Source: Dehalococcoidia bacterium
GTDB taxonomy: Bacteria; Chloroflexota; Dehalococcoidia; Bin125
Assembly: GCA_965261715.1 (NCBI GenBank)
Contig: OZ253471.1
Coordinates: 1,162,861 to 1,226,860, forward strand
Direction of reading: 5' to 3'
DNA length: 64,000 nt
The translations under genes and the position numbers were made by a program. The notes below the pieces were generated by a model. It was not told where the DNA came from, did no database searches, and saw only the letters and a program-made list of their open reading frames with translations. Within the stretch, counting starts at the first letter, position 1. The number at the start of each line of letters is the position of its first letter. Shown here in pieces: positions 1 through 10,059 of this stretch.

Positions 1-2606
1 GCCACGAATCAGCGATATCAGCCGCCGCCGCCCGAGCCGCGGCCGAACAGCGCCGGGAAACGGCCACCAACGCGCTGGCGGTCGTTGAACGCGAGACCAC
101 CCTCGCGCGGCGAGCGGTCGAAGCCGCTGCAGAAACAATCCGTGGCGCCCGAACAGAACTCAGGACGCTGGAGCATCAGCAGGAGCTGGATCAGCAGCAA
201 CGATCGTGGCTGAGCCGCGAAGTGTCTGAATTGTCCAACCGGATCCCTCGAGAACGCCTCGATCCCTCAGGGAATGATCTCGACGCCGCCAAGCAAGCGC
301 TCGCGGACGTCAACGCGCAACTGAACGTTGCGCGCAGCGAGCGCAACAACCGCGAGCGAACACGAGCAGCCGCTTCCGCTCAACACGAGCGGGCGCTGGC
401 CGACATCGCAGGATTTCGAGTCCAGGCCGTTCGTCTCAATCGTCGCTGGAGAGCCAACGCCGCTTCGATCTACCTGTCCTCGTCCGACGTGACCGTCGCC
501 GAGCGGAAACAGCAGGAAACACAGGATCAGTTGAGAGACTCCGAGACGCGAGTGCTCCAAGCGCAACGAGAAGAGGCGGCTGCCCGAGAGGCGCTTGGAC
601 AGATCCAAACGCAGCGAAAGCGACTGAAGAGACGAATCGAAGAGATCGACGGACAGATCGCGGCCATCAATCGCAGCGACGATCAGGCAAACACGCTCCG
701 AGCCCTGGTTCTGGCGAGGGTCAAGGACCCAATTCACGCCGACGCCGTGTTCGGCGAACTCATGGACGCAACATTGCACGACGATCAAGACGACGCCATC
801 GCATCTGTCCAGCACATCGTTGACGCCGATGTCGGTCGAGCAACGGCGCTTGCCAATGATCGTGCGGCCGAGCTGATTGATTCGGTGTTGGCATCCGTCG
901 TCTTCGTTGACGATGTCAATGCTGCGAAGCGCGCAGCAGCGATCGGCAAGACGGCCGTGACATCCTCGGGCATCGTTGTTCGCCCAGACGGCGTCGTTCT
1001 GGCGGGTGGCTCGCTTCCTGGAGCGCGCCGCCGCCGACAACAACTCACTGAGCTTGAGACGGAACGACGCGATCTTTCTCGAGAGCTGTCTGAAACCAAC
1101 GATTCACAAGTCCTTCGCCGCGAAATTGACGGCCTGGCAAACGTCCGATTGCAGGCCGAGACAGAGCGGAACTTCGCACGACAGGCAGGGTCTGAGTCAG
1201 CGCTGGCGTACGACGTCGTGCGCCGCCACCGAGCGTCAAAGCTGGCGGAGATGGCCACCGACACCGGCGCAGTGGCCCGGCTGCGCTCCAACATCGAGGA
1301 GTCCAGACGCATCGAGCGACAATCGGCGGAGCAACTGGCCTTGATGCCTGTGGCGCCAATGGAAGACCTGTCAACGCTCGAGCGCGAGCGAGATCGCTGC
1401 GCCGCAGGGCTCGCCGACGCCCGCGCCCACGCGGCAGCCGTCGATCGGGCCCGGGCCGACCGCGCGCGGTTGTCTTCTCTCAGGCGCGAACTTGCAGGAG
1501 TCGAATCGGCGATCAGGGAGCGAGAACCACTCCTGGAGCGTGCCGCCTCCGTTGCCTCCGATGTCGGAGCGCACGAGCTGGCCAAAGAGCATCTCGGCGC
1601 ACTGGAAGCGCAACGGGCGGAAGCAGCGCGGGAACTGGAGCAAGCGCAGCAGGCTCGGGTCATCGCCGAGCGACTTGAAGTCGAGGCGGCAGCTGACCTG
1701 CGCGAAACCGAGTCGTCGCGTGCCCGCCTGTCGGCTGAAGCTGCTGCCGAGGGGATTGAATTCAGCCCTGCGCATCGGGCCGCGGAACCGACTCTCGATT
1801 TAGTCGAGCTCAACGGGCTCAACGGAGTCGGTCACAACTCAAGCAACGGTTCGGTCAACGGCCCGCAAAAGCAAACACGGACGGCGGTCGCGGTCGCCGA
1901 ACCTGACGTGTCCGAGCTAAAGGACACCGTTCAAGAACTCCGCGCGAAGCTCCAACGACTGGGTCCTGTTGACCCGGGAGCCGCACACGAGTTTGCCTCT
2001 GAACAGGCGCGCTGGCAGGGCATGGAATCGCAGATCACAGATCTCGAGCAAACGGAGATGTCGCTTCGCGTCGCCGAACGTGACCTTGAGCAGTTGATTG
2101 AGAGCAAGTTCCGCGAGGCCTGTGCGCAGGTAGATGAAGCGTTTCAGCGATACTTCCAGCTCATGTTTCGCGGCGGCAAGGCCGAGTTGGTGATGACTGA
2201 GGATCGAGTCGACGCCGAAGATGACGTCGACGAGACCGATCAACGCACCAGGCTGGGCGTCGACATTCGCGCCCAACCGCCCGGCAAACGAGTCTCGACA
2301 CTTGGTCTGTTGTCCGGAGGGGAACGCGCGCTCACGGCGATTGCTCTGCTCTTTGCCCTGCTCGAAGTGAGACCTGCGCCGTTCTGCGTTCTCGACGAGG
2401 TGGATGCGGCGCTCGACGAGGCCAATGTCGAGAGATTCGTCGCCGCGCTCAAAGAACGGGCGCAACACACGCAATTCGTGGTGATCACCCACAATCGGCG
2501 CACGATCGAGCAGGCCGACAGTATCTACGGCGTCACGATGGGCGCCGCCGGAGTGAGTCGTCTGCTGTCGGTCAGAGTTGATCAGCTGCCGACAACAGAC
2601 TCCTGA
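1..2606 (+). CDS. smc: Chromosome segregation protein SMC, 5'-truncated (hinge, C-terminal coiled coil and ATPase head)
   Basis: Frame is open from base 3, upstream of the listed 222 start. C-terminal signature LSGGE, Walker B/D-loop PFCVLDEVDAALD, QFVVITH. Long coiled coil; linked to ftsY. Confidence 0.93.
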   Translation, partial: HESAISAAAARAAAEQRRETATNALAVVERETTLARRAVEAAAETIRGARTELRTLEHQQELDQQQRSWLSREVSELSNRIPRERLDPSGNDLDAAKQALADVNAQLNVARSERNNRERTRAAASAQHERALADIAGFRVQAVRLNRRWRANAASIYLSSSDVTVAERKQQETQDQLRDSETRVLQAQREEAAAREALGQIQTQRKRLKRRIEEIDGQIAAINRSDDQANTLRALVLARVKDPIHADAVFGELMDATLHDDQDDAIASVQHIVDADVGRATALANDRAAELIDSVLASVVFVDDVNAAKRAAAIGKTAVTSSGIVVRPDGVVLAGGSLPGARRRRQQLTELETERRDLSRELSETNDSQVLRREIDGLANVRLQAETERNFARQAGSESALAYDVVRRHRASKLAEMATDTGAVARLRSNIEESRRIERQSAEQLALMPVAPMEDLSTLERERDRCAAGLADARAHAAAVDRARADRARLSSLRRELAGVESAIREREPLLERAASVASDVGAHELAKEHLGALEAQRAEAARELEQAQQARVIAERLEVEAAADLRETESSRARLSAEAAAEGIEFSPAHRAAEPTLDLVELNGLNGVGHNSSNGSVNGPQKQTRTAVAVAEPDVSELKDTVQELRAKLQRLGPVDPGAAHEFASEQARWQGMESQITDLEQTEMSLRVAERDLEQLIESKFREACAQVDEAFQRYFQLMFRGGKAELVMTEDRVDAEDDVDETDQRTRLGVDIRAQPPGKRVSTLGLLSGGERALTAIALLFALLEVRPAPFCVLDEVDAALDEANVERFVAALKERAQHTQFVVITHNRRTIEQADSIYGVTMGAAGVSRLLSVRVDQLPTTDS

Positions 2607-2663
2607 CCCGCTGGTGACCTGCGTCATGCATGTCGCCCGACGCTCTGCCCTAACCTGATCGCC

Positions 2664-3329
2664 ATGGAATTCATACATGCTGTCTGGACTCCCGCTGGTC
2701 CAGGCCCTCACCCCACCCTGATCGCGCTGCATGGCCATGGCGCCCACTGTCAGGACCTCGCTCCGCTGGCGCCGATGTTGGCCGGCGGCCAACTCCAGGT
2801 GATCTGTCCACAGGCTGAATTTGCGCTCGAAGGTGCACCGTACTCCTACAGCCCCATGTTTACCTGGATGCAGCGCGGTACGAATGATCGCCCGCTGGAC
2901 GGTGAGTTGGACCGCGTCGCCGGCGCGCTCTCGTCGTTCATCGACACGGTTTGCGAGCGCTACCACGTCGACACCGGCCGGCTGGCATTGATGGGATTCT
3001 CGCAGGGGGGCTTTCTGGCCTATCGGCTGGCGTTGAGCGAACCGCACCGCTGGCGTGGCGCGGCTATGTTGTCGACCTGGCTCTCGGATGAGGCGGCGGA
3101 TGTCGTCCACGACGAAGCGCCTGACCTGCCCTTGCTCGTCCAACACGGAACGAACGACCCGCTCGTTGGTATCGACCGAGGCAGAAACTCCCGAGATCGG
3201 CTCCAGGCGATGCGCATGAATCTCGACTATCGCGAGTATCCGATGCAGCACGAGATTGGGCAGCAAAGCATCCATGACCTCTCGGCCTGGCTCACCGAGC
3301 GGCTGCTGAGTGAACGGTCCGGCGACTAA
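2664..3329 (+). CDS. Phospholipase/carboxylesterase (alpha/beta hydrolase)
   Basis: LHGHG, GFSQGG nucleophile motif, HGTNDP, late His (MQHEI). Confidence 0.85.
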   Translation: MEFIHAVWTPAGPGPHPTLIALHGHGAHCQDLAPLAPMLAGGQLQVICPQAEFALEGAPYSYSPMFTWMQRGTNDRPLDGELDRVAGALSSFIDTVCERYHVDTGRLALMGFSQGGFLAYRLALSEPHRWRGAAMLSTWLSDEAADVVHDEAPDLPLLVQHGTNDPLVGIDRGRNSRDRLQAMRMNLDYREYPMQHEIGQQSIHDLSAWLTERLLSERSGD

Positions 3330-4330
3330 TGGTCAGCCTCTTTCGACGCTTTCGCAGAGACCGCGATGAGCAGCCGGACGAATCGGACGCGCAAGAAGCT
3401 CAGGAAGTCCGCGAGCAGTACCAGCGCAGCGTCGCCAACACCAAGCGCGGCCAGCTCGGCGCGCTGAGACAGATCTTCACTCGCACGCAAGTCGACGAAG
3501 ACTTCTGGGAAGAATTGGAAGAAACGCTGATTCTTGGCGATGTGGGAGGGGCGACATCGGCTCGCTGGGTGGAAGATTTGCGCGAGGCATCGCGAGGTAA
3601 GGACGCATCGGCAATTCGAGATCTGCTACGTGATCGAATGATTGCCGGACTTGAGCGGCCGAGCGCGGACGGCTCTCTTTGGAGCGGACAGAATGGCTCG
3701 GGGGCGCATCCCACGCCTCATGTGGTGTTAGTGGTCGGCGTCAACGGCGCGGGCAAAACCACGTCGATTGCCAAGCTCGCCCATGCCTATCAGGAAGACG
3801 GTAAGACAGTCATCCTCGCAGCCGCAGACACCTTCCGCGCCGCCGCCATCGAGCAACTTCAGACCTGGGGCGAACGAATCGACGCGCCGGTGATCGCGCA
3901 CCAACAAGGCTCAGACCCTGGCGCGGTCGCATACGACGCCGTCGAAGCCGGAATTTCCCGAGGCGCCGATGTCGTGCTGATCGACACGGCAGGACGACTG
4001 CAAACCCAACGCAACCTCATGGCGGAGCTTGGCAAGGTGCGCCGCGTCGTTGAGACCAAGCACCCTGGCTCTCCCCATGAAGTGTTGCTCGTGATCGACG
4101 CGACTAGTGGACAGAACGCGCTGATTCAGGCGCGCCAGTTCTCGCAGGCGAGCGGCGTCACTGGCGTCTGCCTGGCCAAGCTCGACGGCACGAGCAAAGG
4201 CGGCATCGTCTTCGCGATCACGGAGGAACTCGGCATTCCCGTTCGCTTTGCAGGTACCGGAGAGCGTCTGGGCGACATCGCCCCATTCGATGCCACCGCA
4301 TTCGTCGATGCTCTCCTCGCTGACGACTGA
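3329..4330 (+). CDS. ftsY: Signal recognition particle receptor FtsY
   Basis: [34 protein letters not shown] motifs. Confidence 0.97.
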   Translation: MVSLFRRFRRDRDEQPDESDAQEAQEVREQYQRSVANTKRGQLGALRQIFTRTQVDEDFWEELEETLILGDVGGATSARWVEDLREASRGKDASAIRDLLRDRMIAGLERPSADGSLWSGQNGSGAHPTPHVVLVVGVNGAGKTTSIAKLAHAYQEDGKTVILAAADTFRAAAIEQLQTWGERIDAPVIAHQQGSDPGAVAYDAVEAGISRGADVVLIDTAGRLQTQRNLMAELGKVRRVVETKHPGSPHEVLLVIDATSGQNALIQARQFSQASGVTGVCLAKLDGTSKGGIVFAITEELGIPVRFAGTGERLGDIAPFDATAFVDALLADD

Positions 4331-4350
4331 TTGACATAACTAAACGATCG

Positions 4351-5412
4351 ATGGAGGCGCGAATGTTGAGCCATCTTCAGAGCCTCAGTCCCCGCCGATT
4401 GATCGCCATGGGCCTCGTTGTAGGCGGCGCGCTGATTGCCGTCCTGCTGATCATCTTGTGGCAAGTGGGCCTCTTCGACAGCGCGCCACCGCCCGTGTCG
4501 CTCGAGTCGGCGGTCGAATCGGTTCGGCAAGATGAGCAGCAGCAGTCGAGTCAGCCCCAGCAGGAACAGCCACAGCAGGAGCAGCCTGCATCTGATCAGC
4601 CACAGCAGGATTCTGAGTCAACGAAGGAGGTTGGCCAGCAGGATCAACAGTCAACAGAGGCCGAGCAGGAACAGGACACTGCCCAAGCCGACGACGCTCA
4701 ATCCGAGCAGCAGCAGTCCACCCAATCTAACCAGGGCCAACAGGACTCGGCTCAACAGCAGGATGGACAGCAAGCGGTTGAGCAACAGCCTGAGCAGCAA
4801 ACGGCTCAGCAGGCGCAATCGACTCAACAGGAGTCGGCTCAGACGCAATCCACCGCCGGTCGGCCAATGCTCGGCGAACTTGCTGGGACCTGGACGCTTT
4901 CAGAGCAGGGAACATCCTTCGTCGGTTACCGCATTGGCGAGGAGCTCGCCAACATCGGAACCGCAACCGCCGTCGGCCGCACCAGCGACATCGTCGCGAC
5001 CCTGGTGTTCGACGGTGTGATGATCACCTCGGTGATCATCGAGGCCGATCTACGAACACTGACCAGCGATCAGTCGTTCCGCGATGGCGCCCTTCGCACA
5101 CGAGGCATCGAGACGGATACGTATCCCGTTGCCACGTTCGTCCTTGTCCAGCCCATCCCGGTCGCCGCGCTGCCAGGTGGCGAGGAAACGCTCAGCGTCA
5201 CGGTCAACGGCACACTCGAACTACACGGAGTGACAAACCCCGTCAGTGTCACGCTGCAAGGTCAATTGGTGGATGGGTTGGTCGTGGTGGTCGGCTCAAC
5301 CGAAATCGCCTTGGCCGACTACAACATCGAGCCGCCGACCGGCTTCCGAGTCCTGTCAATCGATGACATCGGCATCATGGAGTTCCAGCTCGTCCTCGAG
5401 CGGGCACCCTAA
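4351..5412 (+). CDS. Membrane-anchored YceI-family protein with Gln-rich linker
   Basis: N-terminal TM segment, about 120 aa Q/E/S-rich linker, C-terminal YceI-like motifs ([22 protein letters not shown]). Confidence 0.8.
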   Translation: MEARMLSHLQSLSPRRLIAMGLVVGGALIAVLLIILWQVGLFDSAPPPVSLESAVESVRQDEQQQSSQPQQEQPQQEQPASDQPQQDSESTKEVGQQDQQSTEAEQEQDTAQADDAQSEQQQSTQSNQGQQDSAQQQDGQQAVEQQPEQQTAQQAQSTQQESAQTQSTAGRPMLGELAGTWTLSEQGTSFVGYRIGEELANIGTATAVGRTSDIVATLVFDGVMITSVIIEADLRTLTSDQSFRDGALRTRGIETDTYPVATFVLVQPIPVAALPGGEETLSVTVNGTLELHGVTNPVSVTLQGQLVDGLVVVVGSTEIALADYNIEPPTGFRVLSIDDIGIMEFQLVLERAP

Positions 5413-5431
5413 GACCCCGCCGACCACAACC

Positions 5432-5700
5432 CAGATCCCCTCTCCCTCCCTTGCGGGGGGAGATGTCACGGAGTGACAGAGGGGGGGTCGCCTGGGGCTG
5501 ACCAGATATTTGCCGCGCTCCGTCGCGGCAATCTCGCCGCATTCAGCACAGGCGTCAGTGCTCGAATCAGCGAGATACCCGCGACAAGCGCGGGTATGAC
5601 GGAGTTGTTCGTGCGAATCTGACCCTTTTCAAAGGTCGCCTCAAGGGGGGAAGCTGCCGAGAGCTTGCCCCAGGCCCGAACTGGGGACTGAAGGGGGCGC
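5432..5700. repeat. Composite palindromic repeat (GAGATGTCACGGAGTGACAGAG module, CGTC-type REP pair, GGGGAAGCTGCC module)
   Basis: Shares blocks with repeats at 16241, 22249, 49714 and 63790. Palindrome ATACCCGCG-acaag-CGCGGGTAT followed by GACG at 5575-5601. Confidence 0.85.
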
Positions 5701-5825
5701 GCTGGCTGGTCGAGGAGATGCAGGCATTCAGGCCGCGTTCTCCATCAGCAGCCCACCTATTTCACTTGTTATGTCGCGTAAACGGCCCGCATCCCTACAT
5801 AACCTACATAGTGCGATCATGAAAA

Positions 5826-6143
5826 TTAATCTTGTGGGCCACGCAGCCGGGCCAGGTCGAACTTGAGATTGCCGAAGGAATCCTGCTCCACGTTGGCGAT
5901 CTCGCCCTCGGCATCGAGATGACCGATGATCTGGAACAAATCCAATCGCCGCAGGTCCTCGCCTGAGTACTCCATCAGCATCGTCACGGATAAGCGTTCG
6001 CGGCGACCTAGCCGATGAGACTCCGCCACCAGTGCCCGACGCACCGTGTCGACATCGGCCATCGTGGCGGCTTCAGCCTGGGATGCCTCGCGCACTTCAT
6101 TAAGCGCTGACAGGCGTCGCTTCAACCCGTCAAACAATCCCAT
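5826..6143 (-). CDS. Hypothetical protein
   Basis: 105 aa ORF overlapping the upstream gene, protein-like composition. Confidence 0.6.
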   Translation of the reverse strand: MGLFDGLKRRLSALNEVREASQAEAATMADVDTVRRALVAESHRLGRRERLSVTMLMEYSGEDLRRLDLFQIIGHLDAEGEIANVEQDSFGNLKFDLARLRGPQD

Positions 6144-6729
6144 CTTCGGCCTCCGAATCGACAGTCATCCCGAGTTCTAGCGAATGCTGGATGAGGGCAA
6201 GCCCCTCAGGATGCCCACCACTGAGCGCTTCCATTCGCGTCTCCACGAGTCCGGCCAAGCGCCACAATGTCGTCAATAGAGTGGCTGCCGAGTCCCAGTC
6301 CTCGTCCGACGCCGGGATATCGTCCTCAGGCGCGAAGCCACGAGCCAAAACTGCGGCTCGGCGTCCATCAGCAGCATCAGGCTCCGCTCCGAACTCTTCG
6401 ATTACTGCCTCGAACTCATGGTCGGCATGTTCCAACTCGTTTCGAGCCAACCGCACCGTTCCATGCACAATTCGCGAGTCGACATCGTAGGGTCGCGAGT
6501 CCGCAGCCGCATAGGCTAGTTCCTGCGCCTGAGAACGGTCACCCAGGAACAAGGCTTGCCAAGCATGGCCAACGTTGTCCGAGGGAACCGCCTGCTGTGC
6601 GATGCGCCGAATCTCTGCAACGGCGCCGCCCGTCCGCAACAGTCGTTCAGCCTCGGACAACGATGGCAGAGAGGGCGCCGGCGCAGGATCGGACGATAAT
6701 CGGGTTCGTAGACGACTGATCAAGCTCAT
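6130..6729 (-). CDS. Hypothetical TPR-like helical protein
   Basis: Start taken at MSLISRL (6729) to avoid overlap with dinB; TPR-like helices. Confidence 0.6.
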   Translation of the reverse strand: MSLISRLRTRLSSDPAPAPSLPSLSEAERLLRTGGAVAEIRRIAQQAVPSDNVGHAWQALFLGDRSQAQELAYAAADSRPYDVDSRIVHGTVRLARNELEHADHEFEAVIEEFGAEPDAADGRRAAVLARGFAPEDDIPASDEDWDSAATLLTTLWRLAGLVETRMEALSGGHPEGLALIQHSLELGMTVDSEAEDGIV

Positions 6730-6763
6730 CAATGAAACTCCGCCGAATTGATAGCGTAGTGGC

Positions 6764-8005
6764 GTGACAAACGAGCTTGAGCAGCATCGGCGCCGGCACA
6801 TCATTCATGCCGACATGGACGCATTCTTCGCGTCGGTTGAGCAGCGTGACAATCCTGAACTGCGCGGGAAGCCGGTGCTCGTCGGAGGCTCTCCCCGCAG
6901 CCGCGGAGTCGTCGCCGCCGCCTCGTACGAGTCGCGAGTGTTCGGCTGTCGCTCCGCGATGCCGATGCGCACAGCCGTCCGCTTATGTCCTCACGCAGAG
7001 ATTGTGAGACCGCGTTTCTCTCGCTATCGCGAAGTCTCTTCGCAGATTATGTCGGTGTTCCGCGACATCTCACCGCTAGTCGAACCGCTTTCCGTCGACG
7101 AGGCGTTCATCGATGTGACGCATCGCGTGCGCGAGGGCGCGACGCCGGCTGAGCTGGGGCAATGGATTCGCGAACGTGTGAGGCGAGAGACCGAACTCAC
7201 TGTGTCGTGCGGCGTCGCCACCAGCAAATCTGTCGCCAAGATCGCCTCCGACCAGGACAAGCCGGACGGCTTGACCGTCGTGCCGCCCGGCACAGAGGCG
7301 GCCTTCCTCGCGCCGCTGCCAATCTCCGATCTGTGGGGCGTTGGTCCCAAGACTGCGGACCGGCTGCGCGGCGCCGGCATCGAGACCGTCGGGGATCTGG
7401 CCGAGCGTCCCTTGCCCTGGCTGATCGACCGGTTTGGTTCTCGTGGCGAGTGGTTCTGGCAGTTGGCTCGCGGGTTGGACGACCGCGAAGTCTCGCTCGA
7501 ACGCGAGACGAAATCCATCTCTTCCGAAACAACGTTTGCGGAGGATGTCGGCAGCGAATCCCGGCTCAGCGCCGTCGCGTCCGAACAGGCTGGCAGCGTC
7601 GCAAAACGACTGGTGGAGCACGGATTCCGTGCTCGTACCGTCCAGATCAAGCTGCGACTGTCGGACTTCACCACATTTACCCGCCAACGAACGCTGTCCA
7701 GTCCAACCAGTGACGCCGCTACGATCGAACGAACGGCGCTCTCCCTGCTGCGTGACCAGCTGTCACCGGTGCGCAAGTTCCGCCTGATCGGTGTCGGCGT
7801 GTCGGGGTTGGAGCAGCGGCCCGTCGCCTCACAGCTCTCCATGTTCGATCAAACGGGCGCGCCGACCGTGGAACCACCGCAGTCCACTGCGCGCCGCGAG
7901 CGCCAGCGAGTCGTCGACGAGGCCGTCCGCGAGCTGAACGAGAAGTTCGGGGGCGATATCGTCCACTTTGGCGCTGATCCCAAGTCCGCAAGGGAGTCTC
8001 CATGA
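6764..8005 (+). CDS. dinB: DNA polymerase IV (Y family)
   Basis: IIHADMDAFFASVE, SYESR, SVDEAF, AKIASD-KPDG, little-finger domain RLIGV. Confidence 0.96.
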   Translation: MTNELEQHRRRHIIHADMDAFFASVEQRDNPELRGKPVLVGGSPRSRGVVAAASYESRVFGCRSAMPMRTAVRLCPHAEIVRPRFSRYREVSSQIMSVFRDISPLVEPLSVDEAFIDVTHRVREGATPAELGQWIRERVRRETELTVSCGVATSKSVAKIASDQDKPDGLTVVPPGTEAAFLAPLPISDLWGVGPKTADRLRGAGIETVGDLAERPLPWLIDRFGSRGEWFWQLARGLDDREVSLERETKSISSETTFAEDVGSESRLSAVASEQAGSVAKRLVEHGFRARTVQIKLRLSDFTTFTRQRTLSSPTSDAATIERTALSLLRDQLSPVRKFRLIGVGVSGLEQRPVASQLSMFDQTGAPTVEPPQSTARRERQRVVDEAVRELNEKFGGDIVHFGADPKSARESP

Positions 8006-8688
8006 TGCATCCACGCGACGCGGCCGTGATTTCCTTCGATTGCTACGGAACATTGATCGACTGGCAATCCGGCGCCCGAGCAGCAGTGAACGCAATTCCC
8101 GAACTGGTTGCAGTCGATACCAACGCGCTGATCGCGCGACGACTGGAAGTAGAACTGGAAGTCGAGCACGAGCATTACCGACCGTATGACCAGGTGCTGG
8201 CGATCTCGATTCAACGGACCACCGCCGAGTTTGGCGTCGAGCTCAACGACGCTGCAGCCAACTCCTTCGCCGGCTCAATCGCCAACTGGCCTCCGTTCCA
8301 GGACGCAGGGGGATTCCTGAAACGACTGGCGACCGTCGGCACGCCGATGGCGATTCTCTCCAACGTCACCCGCGCGAGTCTGTCGGTCAGCGTGCAAAAG
8401 CTGGGCGCGACGTTCGACCAGTTCGTGACCGCCGAGGATGTCCGCAGCTACAAGCCCGACCACAACCATTGGCGCGAACTGTACGAATCGCGTGGGATCC
8501 GACCAGACGAACATCTGCACATCGCCGGCTCAATCGAACACGACATTCGGCCTGCAAGCGAGCTCGGCGCGACCACGGTTTGGGTGCGTCGTGCGCACGA
8601 ACCGATTCCTGACGATGTCAAACCGGATCTGATCGTCCAATCCCTGGCCGAGTTGGGCGACTTCTGGCGTCTTCACTACTCGCGGTAG
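8002..8688 (+). CDS. HAD-superfamily hydrolase (haloacid dehalogenase type II-like)
   Basis: FDCYGTLIDW, LSN, SYKPD, HD motifs. Confidence 0.88.
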   Translation: MMHPRDAAVISFDCYGTLIDWQSGARAAVNAIPELVAVDTNALIARRLEVELEVEHEHYRPYDQVLAISIQRTTAEFGVELNDAAANSFAGSIANWPPFQDAGGFLKRLATVGTPMAILSNVTRASLSVSVQKLGATFDQFVTAEDVRSYKPDHNHWRELYESRGIRPDEHLHIAGSIEHDIRPASELGATTVWVRRAHEPIPDDVKPDLIVQSLAELGDFWRLHYSR

Positions 8689-8709
8689 CATCAGCGCAGG
8701 AGGCGGGAC

Positions 8710-9096
8710 ATGCGACTGACGAGGATGTACCAGGAAGACGATGGGGAATCGCACTTCGAAGACATCGAGGTCGGACTCAAACACTTCGATGTCGGCGATC
8801 TCTCAAGGCGGCTGTTTCCCGCCAGTATGTCGTTTCGGGTCTCGCAGCCAGGTCTCTTCGTCGATTGGCATAACGCACCCGGTAAGAGCATGATCATCGT
8901 GATTCAAGGCATCGTGCAGACCGAAGTGACTAACGGCGACGTTCGCCGCTTCGGCCCCGGAGACATCTGCGTGGCAGAGGATGACGCAGGTCCTGGTCAC
9001 AAGACGACCGACATCGAAGGCCCGCGCTTTAGCCTGATGGTCAATCTGCCCGACGACTTCGACGTCCACCACTGGGCCCGTTCGTTCGACGATTAG
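8710..9096 (+). CDS. Cupin-domain protein
   Basis: DGESHFE, WHNAP, AED..G.GH; GGAGG RBS. Confidence 0.8.
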   Translation: MRLTRMYQEDDGESHFEDIEVGLKHFDVGDLSRRLFPASMSFRVSQPGLFVDWHNAPGKSMIIVIQGIVQTEVTNGDVRRFGPGDICVAEDDAGPGHKTTDIEGPRFSLMVNLPDDFDVHHWARSFDD

Positions 9097-9109
9097 TCAA
9101 CCGAAAGTA

Positions 9110-9493
9110 GTGAACCCAATGCAAATCTCCCGCGTCTACACCGGCGATGACGCCGAATCCCACTTCGAAACCATCGATGTCGCAATGTCAGAGAGCCGCT
9201 ACGGCAGCCTCTCTCAACTGTTCGACGCTGAGGGCGTCACGTTTCGCACGACTCCCGTCGGCGGCGAACTGGACTTCCACAACGCGCCGCGAAGACAGTT
9301 CGTCGTGAACCTGAGCGGCACGGTCGAGATCGAAGTCGGCGACGGTTCCAAACTGCAGTTGCACGGCGGCGACATTTTGCTCGCCGACGACGTCACCGGA
9401 CGTGGACACATCACGCGCGACCTCGAAGGCCCGCGCCGCAGTTTGTTCATTCCATTGCCCGAGGACTTCGACGTCGACTCGCTGAGAAGCTAG
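9110..9493 (+). CDS. Cupin-domain protein, tandem paralogue of 8710-9096
   Basis: DAESHFE, FHNAPRRQ, ADDVTGRGH; alternative ATG start at 9119. Confidence 0.8.
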   Translation: MNPMQISRVYTGDDAESHFETIDVAMSESRYGSLSQLFDAEGVTFRTTPVGGELDFHNAPRRQFVVNLSGTVEIEVGDGSKLQLHGGDILLADDVTGRGHITRDLEGPRRSLFIPLPEDFDVDSLRS

Positions 9494-10059
9494 ACCTGAC
9501 CGCTCCAACGCCAGTAATGGTCGAAGGCGGCAATCGTCAGCGCGTGCGTGATCAACTTGTCGTTGAGCAGGCCGGGAATCTCGTTCAGCGGCACGTTGCT
9601 GACTTCAATCGCCTCACTTGAGGTGCCGACAACATGGTCGTCGCCGACCACAAGTTCCACGTCCTGTGCCAGATAGGACCAGCAGCGATTCTCCTGTAGC
9701 GCCGGATTGGGATGAACCCAGCCCAGCTCAATCGCTTCAGGCGCGTAGTAGCCGGACTCTTCGAACATCTCGCGCAGACCGGCTTCTTTAGCAGATTCCC
9801 CAGGATCGACGATGCCGCCAGGAATCTCCAGGGTCAGCTCGCGAGTTCCATGCCTGAACTGGTTGACGAACACTACTTCGCCTTCCGGCGTCAGCGGCAT
9901 GATGTTGACCCAGTCGGGGAACTCGAAGATGAAGAAGCGGTGCTCACGGCCCGACGTAGGGTGGCGTGAGATGTCCTTGCGCAGCTTGAAGAACTTGAAG
10001 TCCTCAATGATCTCGGAACTCAGGCGTCGCCAGTCATCGATCTTGGCATCGTTGGTCAT
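9490..10059 (-). CDS. NUDIX hydrolase (ADP-ribose pyrophosphatase-like)
   Basis: Nudix box GGIVDPGESAKEAGLREMFEESG; QFRH...LEIPG. Confidence 0.9.
   Translation of the reverse strand: MTNDAKIDDWRRLSSEIIEDFKFFKLRKDISRHPTSGREHRFFIFEFPDWVNIMPLTPEGEVVFVNQFRHGTRELTLEIPGGIVDPGESAKEAGLREMFEESGYYAPEAIELGWVHPNPALQENRCWSYLAQDVELVVGDDHVVGTSSEAIEVSNVPLNEIPGLLNDKLITHALTIAAFDHYWRWSGQV

Noticed and set aside
1917-3275. Long antisense ORFs (for example 1917-3275, 13386-14381, 51271-52386)
   Set aside because: Shadow frames of well-supported genes in high-GC DNA, with no recognisable motifs
4530-4860. CAG-rich tract as a DNA repeat element
   Set aside because: It encodes the Gln-rich linker of the YceI protein and has no fixed unit
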